NCBI GenBank assembly: GCA_964628955.1
Contig: CAZVMY010000002.1
Coordinates: forward strand, 1-35,196
Reading direction: 5' to 3'
DNA length: 35,196 nt
From: an uncultured Methylocystis sp.
Lineage (GTDB): Bacteria; Pseudomonadota; Alphaproteobacteria; Rhizobiales; Beijerinckiaceae
Shown: one piece after another, positions 25,871 to 34,404 of the stretch
Layout of the letters: the number at the start of each line of letters is the position of its first letter
Numbering within the stretch: the stretch's first letter is position 1
The notes under the pieces: model-generated
What the model was told of the DNA's origin: nothing
The model's input: only the letters and a program-made list of their open reading frames with translations
The model's database searches: none
Translations under genes and position numbers: made by a program

Positions 25871-26128
25871 TCAGCCGAGCGTCTGCTGGGCGCCGACTGC
25901 GGGAGCGCCAGCCGCCTCGAGGAGCCGGCGGCCCTTCGGCGTGCGGCGTGCGCGGCCGAGCTGCACCTCCTGCTGCGCCTGCTCGGCCTGCTGCGCCTCG
26001 ATCTGCTTGCCCTGCGCGAGCGTCTGCGTCTCGCGCTGCTGCGCGGCGATGTTGCCCTGCTGGATCTGGGCCAGTCGGGCGTTACGCCCCGAGAACAGGT
26101 TGCCGATCGCCTTGGCGAAACCGCTCAT
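25871..26128 (-). CDS. Small Gln-rich coiled-coil protein (85 aa).
   Basis: ATGA coupling at 26125..26128 favours the start at 26128. Function unknown. Confidence 0.5.
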   Translation of the reverse strand: MSGFAKAIGNLFSGRNARLAQIQQGNIAAQQRETQTLAQGKQIEAQQAEQAQQEVQLGRARRTPKGRRLLEAAGAPAVGAQQTLG

Positions 26129-26559
26129 TCCGGACCCCCCGTCCATTCCCAGCGACCGAACGCTCCGTCCCGGCCGGCCGGCAGCAGCCCGATCAGGCGC
26201 GCCAGGCGCTCGCCCGGCGCATGCCCGACCCGTACAAACGACCGGACCCGGACCACGCCACCATGCGCCGACCGGCGTAAGGTTAACCTTGCCAGCCTGA
26301 CGAGACCCGGAAGCCGCGGCGCAATGTCGGGCCGGCAGAGAAACCAGAGTTCGGTCAGCTCTTCACCCGGCCGCTCCGCTGGTAGCGGCACCATGCCGAT
26401 GACCACCAGCACAGTGCCGCGCTCGTCGGCAAACGCGACCGTTGCGCCCATGACGGCCTGGAGAAACAAAACCCGGCTCTGCAACGGCTTCAGGTAGCCT
26501 GCCGGCGCCGCGAGGCGCAGGATGTCCGCGAGCGGCGCCGGCTCGATCGCATGAAGCAT
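26125..26559 (-). CDS. Hypothetical protein (144 aa). A GNAT-like fold is only a weak guess.
   Basis: TGATG coupling at 26559 favours the internal ATG (MLHAIEP...) over the track start at 26589. Confidence 0.55.
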   Translation of the reverse strand: MLHAIEPAPLADILRLAAPAGYLKPLQSRVLFLQAVMGATVAFADERGTVLVVIGMVPLPAERPGEELTELWFLCRPDIAPRLPGLVRLARLTLRRSAHGGVVRVRSFVRVGHAPGERLARLIGLLPAGRDGAFGRWEWTGGPE

Positions 26560-26756
26560 CAGCGGCGCCGCAGCCAGGCGAAGGACCACGGGTCCTCGAT
26601 CGGTTCCATCTTGAAGCCGCAGCCGCCCGCAAGATCAGGCCTACGGTCCGCGTTCAGGCGCTCGACGACGCATCGGGTGCGCGTGCCACGCTCGATGCTC
26701 AGCCTCACGTACGCGTCGCGGCGGATCGGTCGGCCGCTCGGATGCTCGGTCATCAC
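26559..26756 (-). CDS. Small hypothetical protein (65 aa).
   Basis: ATGA overlap with the terL stop. No recognisable domain. Confidence 0.45.
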   Translation of the reverse strand: MMTEHPSGRPIRRDAYVRLSIERGTRTRCVVERLNADRRPDLAGGCGFKMEPIEDPWSFAWLRRR

Positions 26757-28261
26757 ACGCCCCAGACGTTGAAGTCGCCGCGCACCGGACGGCCGCTGGA
26801 GAGCGGCACCACGTTTCCGGCGCGACCGGCCTTGGCGGCGGCGTTGATGACGTCAGCGCGCCCGCGGGCGCCGAGCATGAGATACTGGCCGGCGTCGTGC
26901 ACGTGTGAGGCGCCGTTCTTCACAGGCCGGTCCGTGCGATAACTGCCGTCGTTGTTGCGCTGCCACTTGTACTCGCTCACGAAGCCTTCGATCGTCGTCT
27001 CCATCGACGGATCGATGGTCAGCACGGGAACGCCGTCGATCAGCGTCTTGAGGCCGAGGTCGACCGCTTCGATCCGGATGCCGGTCTCGTTGGACGGCGC
27101 CGGCATGATGTTGACGTTGAGCGCGCGGCCGACCGCCTCCATCCACGCCAGCTCGCCCGCCTGGCGGTCGGCGCCGTAGAACGCGGACGGGTCGCCCCAG
27201 CCATGCGAGATCGCGTGGCCGCGCAGGTCCGTCGCGAGCAGATGGAGCACGAGTTCGACGAACCGGCCGATGCCCGTGCCGGGCTCCGCGCAGACCTCGC
27301 GGAGCCAGCGCAGATGGCCCGACGGCAGCTGCTGCCCGATGACCATCGCCGGCGACCCGCCGGCGTCGCAGCCGATGATCAACGGCAGGCCCTCTGCCGG
27401 CTTCATCGGCGCCTTCGGGACATGGATCGCGTGCTTGAAGTTTCGGTATACCGGCTTGCCGTCGCGCGAGTATCCGAACTGTCCGTGCACCATGCGCATG
27501 ATGTCGAGCTCGTCCTCCGCGAGCTCCGCTTCGCGCTCGTATTCGACCCTGGGCTTGCCCTTTCGGTTTTCGCCTTCGGGCGCGAGGCCGGAGGGCTGCC
27601 AGAAGAAGTTCCAACCCTTCTGCTTCTTTCGCACGCAGGTGTCGTAGAGCCAGTGCTTGACCGATGGAGGGTTCGTGTCGCCGAAGACGATGCGCGGCAT
27701 CAGCACGTCGGGGTCCATCAGCTCTTCGCGCGGAGGATAGCGCCCCGTCCTCCCGAAGAAGAACGTCACGACCTCTTTCGGCAGACTGTTGAACTCGTTG
27801 AGATAGACCCAGCTCGTCTCGTAGCTCTTGAGCGCGTTCTCGTAGTCGAAGTCCTTGACCGCGAACATATCTACGAGAAGCTCGACCGGTGCCTGGCGCT
27901 CCTCGTTGAAGAACCGGAGCGTCTGTTCGATCGGGCGACCCACGCCGCCCTGGAAGTCGCTTGCGGGAAATTCCTTCGGAAACCAGCGCTGCCATGTCTT
28001 GAGCGTCGTCCGGAAAAGCTCCGTGTACGTGTCGCGGACGATCGTGCCCTTGGCGCGGATCACGCCGTCGCGGCAGATCGGCATGAGCGCCGTCGTGATG
28101 ATCAGGCCCTTGTAGACGCTGGCGACCGACTTGCCGGAGCCGCCTGGCCCCATGATGAGATCGATCGGGCCAAAGCTCTCGCAATAGGCGCCGCCGATCG
28201 GGCCGGGATATTCGTAGCTGTAGATTGAGAAGTTGGGCTCGGAGAGCTTAACCCTGGACAC
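26753..28261 (-). CDS. terL: Terminase large subunit.
   Basis: Walker A motif IMGPGGSGKSV near the N-terminus. The C-terminal nuclease-type region contains IIGCDAGGSPA and HVHDAGQY. 502 aa, GTG start. Confidence 0.92.
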   Translation of the reverse strand: MSRVKLSEPNFSIYSYEYPGPIGGAYCESFGPIDLIMGPGGSGKSVASVYKGLIITTALMPICRDGVIRAKGTIVRDTYTELFRTTLKTWQRWFPKEFPASDFQGGVGRPIEQTLRFFNEERQAPVELLVDMFAVKDFDYENALKSYETSWVYLNEFNSLPKEVVTFFFGRTGRYPPREELMDPDVLMPRIVFGDTNPPSVKHWLYDTCVRKKQKGWNFFWQPSGLAPEGENRKGKPRVEYEREAELAEDELDIMRMVHGQFGYSRDGKPVYRNFKHAIHVPKAPMKPAEGLPLIIGCDAGGSPAMVIGQQLPSGHLRWLREVCAEPGTGIGRFVELVLHLLATDLRGHAISHGWGDPSAFYGADRQAGELAWMEAVGRALNVNIMPAPSNETGIRIEAVDLGLKTLIDGVPVLTIDPSMETTIEGFVSEYKWQRNNDGSYRTDRPVKNGASHVHDAGQYLMLGARGRADVINAAAKAGRAGNVVPLSSGRPVRGDFNVWGV

Positions 28262-28518
28262 GCCGACCCCCGTACCCCGAGCCCGTCAGGCGGGTGACAG
28301 TGGCGACCCCGCAACCCGAGGTCCCGCGGCCGCCTGTTCCGATTTTTTTTCTATGTCCGGAAGATGTCCATGTGTGCCGGGGTACCCCCCGGAGGGGGAT
28401 GGTGGTTTTCGGTTTCCGGGGCCGGCCGGTGGGGCTGGCGCGACCCGGGGAGGGGGGGGAGGGGCGACCGGCGGCAGACCGGCCGGCCACGGAACGCAGC
28501 TGATTTGCAATCATGTGC

Positions 28519-29214
28519 TCAACCGCCCGTTTCCTCAATTATATCAATTACTTGGCTATCTTCATGCGACATCACATCGTGCGACCGTTCGACACGATCG
28601 ACGCTATCCCCTTGCGAATACTGCGCTTTTTCAAACCGTGACCGCAGTTCGGCGTGCCGCCGCGGCGGATCGCCTGCGGCGCCCAGGCCCGCGTGCTCGA
28701 CCCGCTCCGCATAGCCCGCCGTGGCCGCGATCGTGATCCGCGGCACGGCCACCTGCCCCTTGTCGTCGACCGGCGCCAGACGCGCCCGCACGTAGGGCAG
28801 CGAGGCTTCCATGCACTGCCGCTTGAACACCAGCAGGTCCATGACCGTGAGGTCGCCCCGCGGGATGCCGGTGCGCGCGGCGATCTCGATGACCGCGACG
28901 GCGAGCTCTGCCACGTCGCCCATGCCGAGGCTCAACAGCCCCTCGACCGGGTCGCCGTAGCGGCGCATGAGATACTCGGCGCTGGCCAGCGTGCGTTTGT
29001 TCAGCGATCCCGGCCGTCGGCCCGGCCCCCGCCTGGCGATCCCCGGCACCGGCAGAAGCCCGGGTTCCGTCGCCTCCTCGGCCCCATCCTCCGCCGACAG
29101 CAGATCGCCCTGTGTGCCACCTCCCTCCCGAGCTTCGATCGTCTCGCGCAGTCGAGCGGCCGCATCCGATCGCTCCAGCGCCGCCGTCAACCCCGCTTTC
29201 GGACCCACGCTCAT
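28519..29214 (-). CDS. Putative terminase small subunit / DNA-recognition protein (231 aa).
   Basis: It lies upstream of terL. The basic motif RRGPGRRPGSLNKRT resembles motifs common in TerS N-terminal regions. The last ~40 codons lie in an atypically AT-rich patch. Confidence 0.6.
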   Translation of the reverse strand: MSVGPKAGLTAALERSDAAARLRETIEAREGGGTQGDLLSAEDGAEEATEPGLLPVPGIARRGPGRRPGSLNKRTLASAEYLMRRYGDPVEGLLSLGMGDVAELAVAVIEIAARTGIPRGDLTVMDLLVFKRQCMEASLPYVRARLAPVDDKGQVAVPRITIAATAGYAERVEHAGLGAAGDPPRRHAELRSRFEKAQYSQGDSVDRVERSHDVMSHEDSQVIDIIEETGG

Positions 29215-29235
29215 AAAAACCCTTTTGTTTTCAAC

Positions 29236-29497
29236 GCGGTTACAGCTGTAACCGGGTGTAACCGTCGCTGTAACCGAGTTTTCTCTGTATTATCAGACAC
29301 TTATCTAGCCGGTTACACGGTTACAGACATTGACCCATCGCGCTACGCGCACGCACATGCACGGATGACGCGCACGGGCGCGCGCGCGTAGCGCGAGGCA
29401 GTTTTGCTGTAACCGTGTAACCATTTGGCTATGCCCATGATATATATGATAAATTGCGGTTACAGCGACGGTTACACCCGGTTACAGCTGTAACCGC
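29236..29497. repeat. 262-bp nested palindrome made of 12 GGTTACA/TGTAACC heptamers, two AT-rich spacers and a central GC hairpin. Candidate replication origin, pac site or late-control region.
   Basis: 29236..29276 is the exact reverse complement of 29457..29497 (41 nt). 29311..29326 pairs with 29407..29422 (16 nt). 29338..29350 pairs with 29384..29396 (13 nt). The outer and middle pairs share one symmetry centre; the inner pair is offset by half a bp. There is no credible ORF in 29215..29677. Confidence 0.9.
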
Positions 29498-29677
29498 ATC
29501 CCCCCGCACCCGCTGGAGCAGCCCTGCACCGTGGCGCAACCGCCAGCGCATTAACCTTCGCGCGCGGCTGCAATCGTGGATACGGACGCTTTGGTCAGGC
29601 CAGCGCGCGACATCGTTTCTTCTCAACGGGTTGGGGTCGGGCGGACTAAAGCTGGGTTTGGCAGGCCTTTCGTCCCT

Positions 29678-31495
29678 TTAGCCGCCGGAGACGAGCCGAT
29701 CGAACGCCACGAGGTCGACGAGCAGGCAGCGGCAGGCCACCCGGTTGATCTTGACGACCGCAGCAGGGCCTTCGCTGCGCAGCACGACGTCCGGCGGCCC
29801 CTGGCGCAGTGCACCGGTCCACACGCCGCCTGCCCAGACCTGACCGGCTAACAGGCGCTCCAGCAGCGGCCCCTTCTGTGGCACCGCGAGCTGCCAGCGG
29901 CCGTCGCGCTCGACGATGCCGAGGCCGGCCGCGCCGAGCTGCGCCCGCGCCTGTCCGGGCTCCATGACGCCCGCCTCGAGCTGATGCAGCACCAGGCCGA
30001 CGATCGGCTTCTCGCCGCCCTTCCACGCGTCGATCGTGCTGGAGAGCATGTGCTCGAGGCAGGCTCGCCAGTTATCCTCCTGTTCGGCGCGCTCGTCGGC
30101 GGTCGCGTCGGCTATGGCGCGGCCGAGCCGGCCTGCGTCGGTCACCGGCAGGCCTGCCGCCTCCATCGCCTCGTGCCCAAGCAGCAGGTCGGCCACGGCC
30201 AGCAGCACGCCGTAGGTGTCCTGGGCGCGCCCGTCGAGCCCTGCCGTCCGCAGCACCGCGCGCCAGTCGTCGAACGTCCCCTGGAAGCGGGGCCAGGCGT
30301 CCATGAGCGCGCGGAGCAGCATGCGGCCGACGACCGCGAAGTCGAGCGCGCCAAACGCGTCGGCGCTCATGCGGGCTGGATCGAGGCGCGCGAGATTGAG
30401 GATCGCCATCCGGCTGCGGTCCTGCGGCCGCACCGGCGGCATGTTGATCGACGAAAAGAAAAAGCAGTTGATCGCGCGGAACTGCACGCCCTCGTGTTCG
30501 GCGCCGCCGCGGAACATCATGGCGCCGCTCGCTGCGAGCCGCGCGAGCTCGATCACGCCCCGGGTCTTGCGGCTGTCGGGATCGGCCTCCAGCTCGTCGA
30601 CCGCGACCGGCAGACTGTCCTGTCTCACCCGCTGATAGATGCCGGCGGCGGTCGTGTCGGCAGACGCGTGGACGGCGTTCCCGTAGAGTTCCTTGATGAT
30701 CCCCTGCAGGCGGCTCTTGCCGACCCCCTTGTCGCCCGTCGCGAACAGCGTCGGGCGCCAGGGCAGGGCGCCGCCGAGGAACCCGGCGCCGATCTGGCCG
30801 ATCAGCAGCACGGGGTCGAGGGCCGGCCGCTCCCAGGACCAGGTGCGGAATGCGCCGAGCAGCTGGTGTACGGGGCTGTCGTCGGGACCGACGGGCTCCT
30901 GCCACGGTTCCAGGACCGCCGGCCGCCGCGGATAGAACACGCCGTCGACCGTACCCGTCGGGGCCGCGCGCAGGCGCTTGCCCTCGACCGTCAACAGCCG
31001 GTCGCCCGAGTGCCAGATGAAGCGGCCGGCCTTGTCGCACCAGCCGCCGCGGCCGCGCACGCTCTCGGTCGCGTCGAACAGGCCGCGCTCGCTCGCGGCC
31101 TTGATCAGACACGCATGGGCGTCGTCCACCTCGAGGCCGTTGATCATCGCCGGCCGGCTCTTGCTAGGCTGGCTCCAGCGCGGCCAGGCCCAGTAGAGGT
31201 AGTTTGGACGCAGCGCGAACAGCTGCGTCAAAATCTTCTTCCCCCACTCCGACGCGTCCACGCCGATCAGCTGGCCGGCGCTGTCGACGAACCAGCTGCG
31301 CTTGCCGTCGATGCCGAGCGGGATCACGGGGCAGTCGGGCGGCATCCGTTCGACGGGCGCGCCGGGCCACAACCCGGCCCGGATCCCATCGCGCTCGATC
31401 TCGGGCGGCGGGTCCAGGGCAGGCTGGCGACGGTCGAGCGTATCGCGGGCATCCGCGAATATGGCGCGGATGCCTTTGGTGCCGGTCTGGACCAT
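29678..31495 (-). CDS. Replicative SF3-type helicase (DUF927 / P4-alpha/D5-like NTPase), 605 aa.
   Basis: Walker A is ATGDKGVGKS and Walker B is LPVAVDELE. It lies downstream of a Toprim primase gene. Confidence 0.85.
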   Translation of the reverse strand: MVQTGTKGIRAIFADARDTLDRRQPALDPPPEIERDGIRAGLWPGAPVERMPPDCPVIPLGIDGKRSWFVDSAGQLIGVDASEWGKKILTQLFALRPNYLYWAWPRWSQPSKSRPAMINGLEVDDAHACLIKAASERGLFDATESVRGRGGWCDKAGRFIWHSGDRLLTVEGKRLRAAPTGTVDGVFYPRRPAVLEPWQEPVGPDDSPVHQLLGAFRTWSWERPALDPVLLIGQIGAGFLGGALPWRPTLFATGDKGVGKSRLQGIIKELYGNAVHASADTTAAGIYQRVRQDSLPVAVDELEADPDSRKTRGVIELARLAASGAMMFRGGAEHEGVQFRAINCFFFSSINMPPVRPQDRSRMAILNLARLDPARMSADAFGALDFAVVGRMLLRALMDAWPRFQGTFDDWRAVLRTAGLDGRAQDTYGVLLAVADLLLGHEAMEAAGLPVTDAGRLGRAIADATADERAEQEDNWRACLEHMLSSTIDAWKGGEKPIVGLVLHQLEAGVMEPGQARAQLGAAGLGIVERDGRWQLAVPQKGPLLERLLAGQVWAGGVWTGALRQGPPDVVLRSEGPAAVVKINRVACRCLLVDLVAFDRLVSGG

Positions 31496-31522
31496 GGAAT
31501 TCCGACGTGCGTGGCTGAGGGA

Positions 31523-32080
31523 TCACGCCGCGGGCGGCTTGCTGCGTCTGGGCGATGCAGGCAGCGCCGCGGCCGCCGGCCAGGCGCTGTCGATCGGATC
31601 CAACATGCTGCCGACGCCGGCGAGGATGGTGTCCTCGATGGCCGTCGCCGGCGGCGGCGACGGCTGGCTCACCGGTACCGGGCGCAGGGCGCGGAGCTGC
31701 ATCAGCTGCGCATGCATGGCCGTGACCGCGATCAGAAGGAAATCCCATTCTATCCGCTCCAGCACCGGCAGCGCCTCGAAGCCCTGCGGATCGCGATCGT
31801 GCAGGCCGATCGCCGAGGCGCGGCGGAACGCGGCCTCCGCGCTGGTTATCCTGTGATCGATCACGAAGCGCACCAGGTCGAGCAGCTGTCCGCGTGTGCA
31901 GTCGGCCCAGTATCGGGCGAGATCGTGATCGGTTTGCGGCAGGAACCGCATGACGACCGACGCCTGTCTCATGGTCGCATCGGCAAATTCGGCGCATGCC
32001 TCGACGATCGCCGCATCGTCGTGCAGGTCCTGCGTCACCCACCCGGCCGCCGCCGTCGTTTTGTCGAGCGCGTTCGTCAT
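31523..32080 (-). CDS. Hypothetical protein (185 aa) in the replication module.
   Basis: ATGA coupling to the primase stop. No recognisable domain. Confidence 0.55.
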   Translation of the reverse strand: MTNALDKTTAAAGWVTQDLHDDAAIVEACAEFADATMRQASVVMRFLPQTDHDLARYWADCTRGQLLDLVRFVIDHRITSAEAAFRRASAIGLHDRDPQGFEALPVLERIEWDFLLIAVTAMHAQLMQLRALRPVPVSQPSPPPATAIEDTILAGVGSMLDPIDSAWPAAAALPASPRRSKPPAA

Positions 32081-33171
32081 CTCGTCCCTCTCAGCAGGTC
32101 GTTCGTGTCCTTGCCGTGGTGCGATCGCGCCACGGCCACCGGCTTGTCGTGACTCTCCAGGCCTTCGACGGCGGCTTCGAGCGCATCCATCGCCTGCGGC
32201 CTGGACCAGTCGTTGTCGGCACCGACGACGACCGCGCGGACGCAGGGATGCCAGACCGGCGCATGGATCAGATTAGACAGGCTGGTCGCCGCCCACACGC
32301 GGGCGTCCGGGACCGCGAGCGCCCAGGACAGGCCATCCTCGATGCCCTCGCACAGGATGAGCACGCCGCTCTGGCCGGCGTCGCCTGCATCCTCGACGCG
32401 CATGTTGGACGGCCCGCGCGCGAGGCGGATCACGCCGCCCTTGACCGCGCCGAACATCAGTTTCGGCTTGTCGACCGGAGCCTTGCCGGCGCCGTCCTGC
32501 GCCAGGTAGGTGCAGTGGACGCCGGTGACGGCGCCTCGGCCGTCCCGGATCGCCGCCACGATCGCGGGATACCTTGGCCCGCTCGCGGTCTTGCGCCGCG
32601 CGCTGCCGGCGCCCGTGTACACGGCGCCTTCCCACCACTCGAGGTCGGGCGAGAAGCGCAGCTCGCCGCGCTCCGGGTTCGGCACGTCTGCAATCGGAAT
32701 GCCGCGCGCGGCGAGATAGGTCTCGGCTGGCGTGCCGCTGATGGACTGCCTGGCGCCCAGCCAGAGCTCGAAGGCTCTGCGCTGCCGCTCCGCCAGCCGC
32801 AGATGTTCGGCCCGTTCCGCCGCCTGCCGGTCGACGGCTGCCCGGCGCTTCATCTGCGCCAGCTGCCTCGGGCTGAGCTCGCGCAGCCCGAGAAAGTCCT
32901 TGGCGTACCGCACCGCCCCGGCGGTGTCGGTGCCGACCACGTAGGCGATCAGGTCGAGGATCGAGCCCTTGTCACCGGTCGCGTAGTCCTTCCACGCGCC
33001 GTTTTTCACCCATACGCAGAAGCTGCCGGGCTGGGCGTCCGCGCGCGTCGGGTTCCGCGCCATCCACCGCGGCCCGGTCCGCTTGCCGTCAGGCAGCAGT
33101 TGCCTGACCAGCGCCTCCGGTCGCGTGCCTTCCTGCAACATGGCCTTGATCTCATTAGCGGTCAGACGCAT
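32077..33171 (-). CDS. Toprim-domain DNA primase (P4-alpha N-terminal-like), 364 aa.
   Basis: The N-terminus reads NPTRADAQPGSFCVWVKNGAWKDYATGDKGSILDLIAYV. Toprim motifs are LILCEGIEDGLS and VVVGADNDWSRPQ. The start was taken at ATG 33171 rather than the track start at 33360. Confidence 0.85.
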   Translation of the reverse strand: MRLTANEIKAMLQEGTRPEALVRQLLPDGKRTGPRWMARNPTRADAQPGSFCVWVKNGAWKDYATGDKGSILDLIAYVVGTDTAGAVRYAKDFLGLRELSPRQLAQMKRRAAVDRQAAERAEHLRLAERQRRAFELWLGARQSISGTPAETYLAARGIPIADVPNPERGELRFSPDLEWWEGAVYTGAGSARRKTASGPRYPAIVAAIRDGRGAVTGVHCTYLAQDGAGKAPVDKPKLMFGAVKGGVIRLARGPSNMRVEDAGDAGQSGVLILCEGIEDGLSWALAVPDARVWAATSLSNLIHAPVWHPCVRAVVVGADNDWSRPQAMDALEAAVEGLESHDKPVAVARSHHGKDTNDLLRGTR

Positions 33172-33730
33172 GGCCGCTTCCCGTGACGAGGCCGGCGACG
33201 CGCGCGAGCCGGCCGTCCGTGACCGCGTCGTCACGCGAGGCCTCGACGCTGGCGACGATCCTGTTGACCATGGGCGGCGATATCCCGAACAGCCGGGCGA
33301 TCGTCGCCTGCGCCACCGCCAGCTCGGTGTTGACGAGATAGATCGCCTCCCGGCGGACACGTTCGGCGGCGATCAGGTCGGCGGTCTTGGCCCTGAGGCC
33401 GCGCCGTGGCACGCGACCGCCCGTGCTCACGACCGCCGGCACGGTGCGCGGATCGAGCCCGCTCTCGATCGCGAGCGCCGCGGCGAAACCGCAGTAGGCA
33501 CTCCGGATCATGCAGTCGGCGAGCACGTCGTCCGGCAGCGCGACCGCGATCGTCTGCCAGCCGCGGATCACTTCGCGCACCACCCACTCGCGCGCGGCGT
33601 CCGGCGCGGTTATGGCCAGGCGATAGGTGTCGGGATGGATGCCGGCCGCCAGCGCCAGGCGCGTGCGCGGCACGCCGACGCGCTCCCGCAGCTGCTCGAT
33701 CGCCAGGAGTGCGAACGCACCGGGGCTCAT
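33155..33730 (-). CDS. HTH DNA-binding protein (191 aa). Candidate replication initiator or regulator.
   Basis: The C-terminal segment EAIYLVNTELAVAQATIARLFGISPPMVNRIV looks like a DnaA-domain-IV or sigma-r4-type HTH. It is the first gene of the replication block. Confidence 0.6.
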   Translation of the reverse strand: MSPGAFALLAIEQLRERVGVPRTRLALAAGIHPDTYRLAITAPDAAREWVVREVIRGWQTIAVALPDDVLADCMIRSAYCGFAAALAIESGLDPRTVPAVVSTGGRVPRRGLRAKTADLIAAERVRREAIYLVNTELAVAQATIARLFGISPPMVNRIVASVEASRDDAVTDGRLARVAGLVTGSGHASDR

Positions 33731-33733
33731 GGG

Positions 33734-33958
33734 TCAGGCATCGGCCGTGTAGGCGCCGCACCATTCGGCGGCATAGGCCAGCGGCCAGCGGTCGTCGCAG
33801 ACGACGGTCAACCCGTCCGCCACCGGCACCTCGAGATGGCGCGTCGGGCGCCCCGGCGGCGCGTGGCGACACGCGCCGAGCTCGGTCGCGCCATGCCGGG
33901 ACCAGTGGACGCAGGTCAGGCATACCCGGTTCGGATCGCGGTCAAGGCGCTTCATCAT
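33734..33958 (-). CDS. Small Cys-rich protein (74 aa).
   Basis: CLTCVHW...C..H pattern. It is a coupled ORF in the early operon. Confidence 0.5.
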   Translation of the reverse strand: MMKRLDRDPNRVCLTCVHWSRHGATELGACRHAPPGRPTRHLEVPVADGLTVVCDDRWPLAYAAEWCGAYTADA

Positions 33959-34404
33959 TGCACCGTCTCGCGGCCGGTCGGCGCGGCCTCTCCTGACATC
34001 CGTCGGTCACCCTCCCGGGCCTGCTGCCGGGCGGCGGTGATCCGCCCTCGCACCAGCACGCGGGCGGTGAGATACGGCCGACGCTCGAGCACCTCGCCCG
34101 GCGGCCGCCAGCTGCGGCGACCCGCGCGCTGCCGGGCGTCTTCGTCGCGGAAGCCGCTGGCGAGGCGTGCCAGACAACCCCAGAGGCGCAGCTTTGACGC
34201 CAGCGTGCGCTCGAACCGGCAGGCCATGAAGAGGTCGTAGAGTTCGGCACCCCGGCTCTTGCGCCGGTTGTTGAACGCGTGCCGGCAGGCGGCGCAGCAG
34301 AACCCGCCGGCGTCAGCCGACGCCGGGAGGACTGCGTCACACTCGGCGCACCACGCGTGTACACGGCGGCTCGGGGACGCAGCAGTGGCGACGATGCCGG
34401 TCAC
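33955..34404 (-). CDS. Zinc-ribbon-containing hypothetical protein (149 aa).
   Basis: CAECDAVLPASADAGGFCCAACRHAFNNRR provides four Cys. ATGA coupling on both sides. Confidence 0.55.
   Translation of the reverse strand: MTGIVATAASPSRRVHAWCAECDAVLPASADAGGFCCAACRHAFNNRRKSRGAELYDLFMACRFERTLASKLRLWGCLARLASGFRDEDARQRAGRRSWRPPGEVLERRPYLTARVLVRGRITAARQQAREGDRRMSGEAAPTGRETVQ

Noticed and set aside
26125-26589. Assignment of the 144/154-aa protein as a GNAT acetyltransferase.
   Set aside because: I could not find the Q/RxxGxG/A acetyl-CoA-binding motif. The resemblance is only in size and in its position near the portal. It is left as hypothetical.
28286-28510. The 74-aa Pro-rich minus-strand ORF in the terS-terL spacer.
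   Set aside because: It depends on a TTG start and is essentially a translation of the C-tract. The alternative 88-aa ATG-initiated frame is mentioned in the findings as unresolved rather than called as a gene.
29236-29497. A protelomerase target (telRL-like telomere resolution site) as the explanation for the large palindrome.
   Set aside because: I could not recognise a protelomerase-like gene. The only tyrosine recombinase is a 426-aa integrase sitting next to a tRNA-type attP. The assembly closes as a circle elsewhere. This cannot be fully excluded without a homology search.
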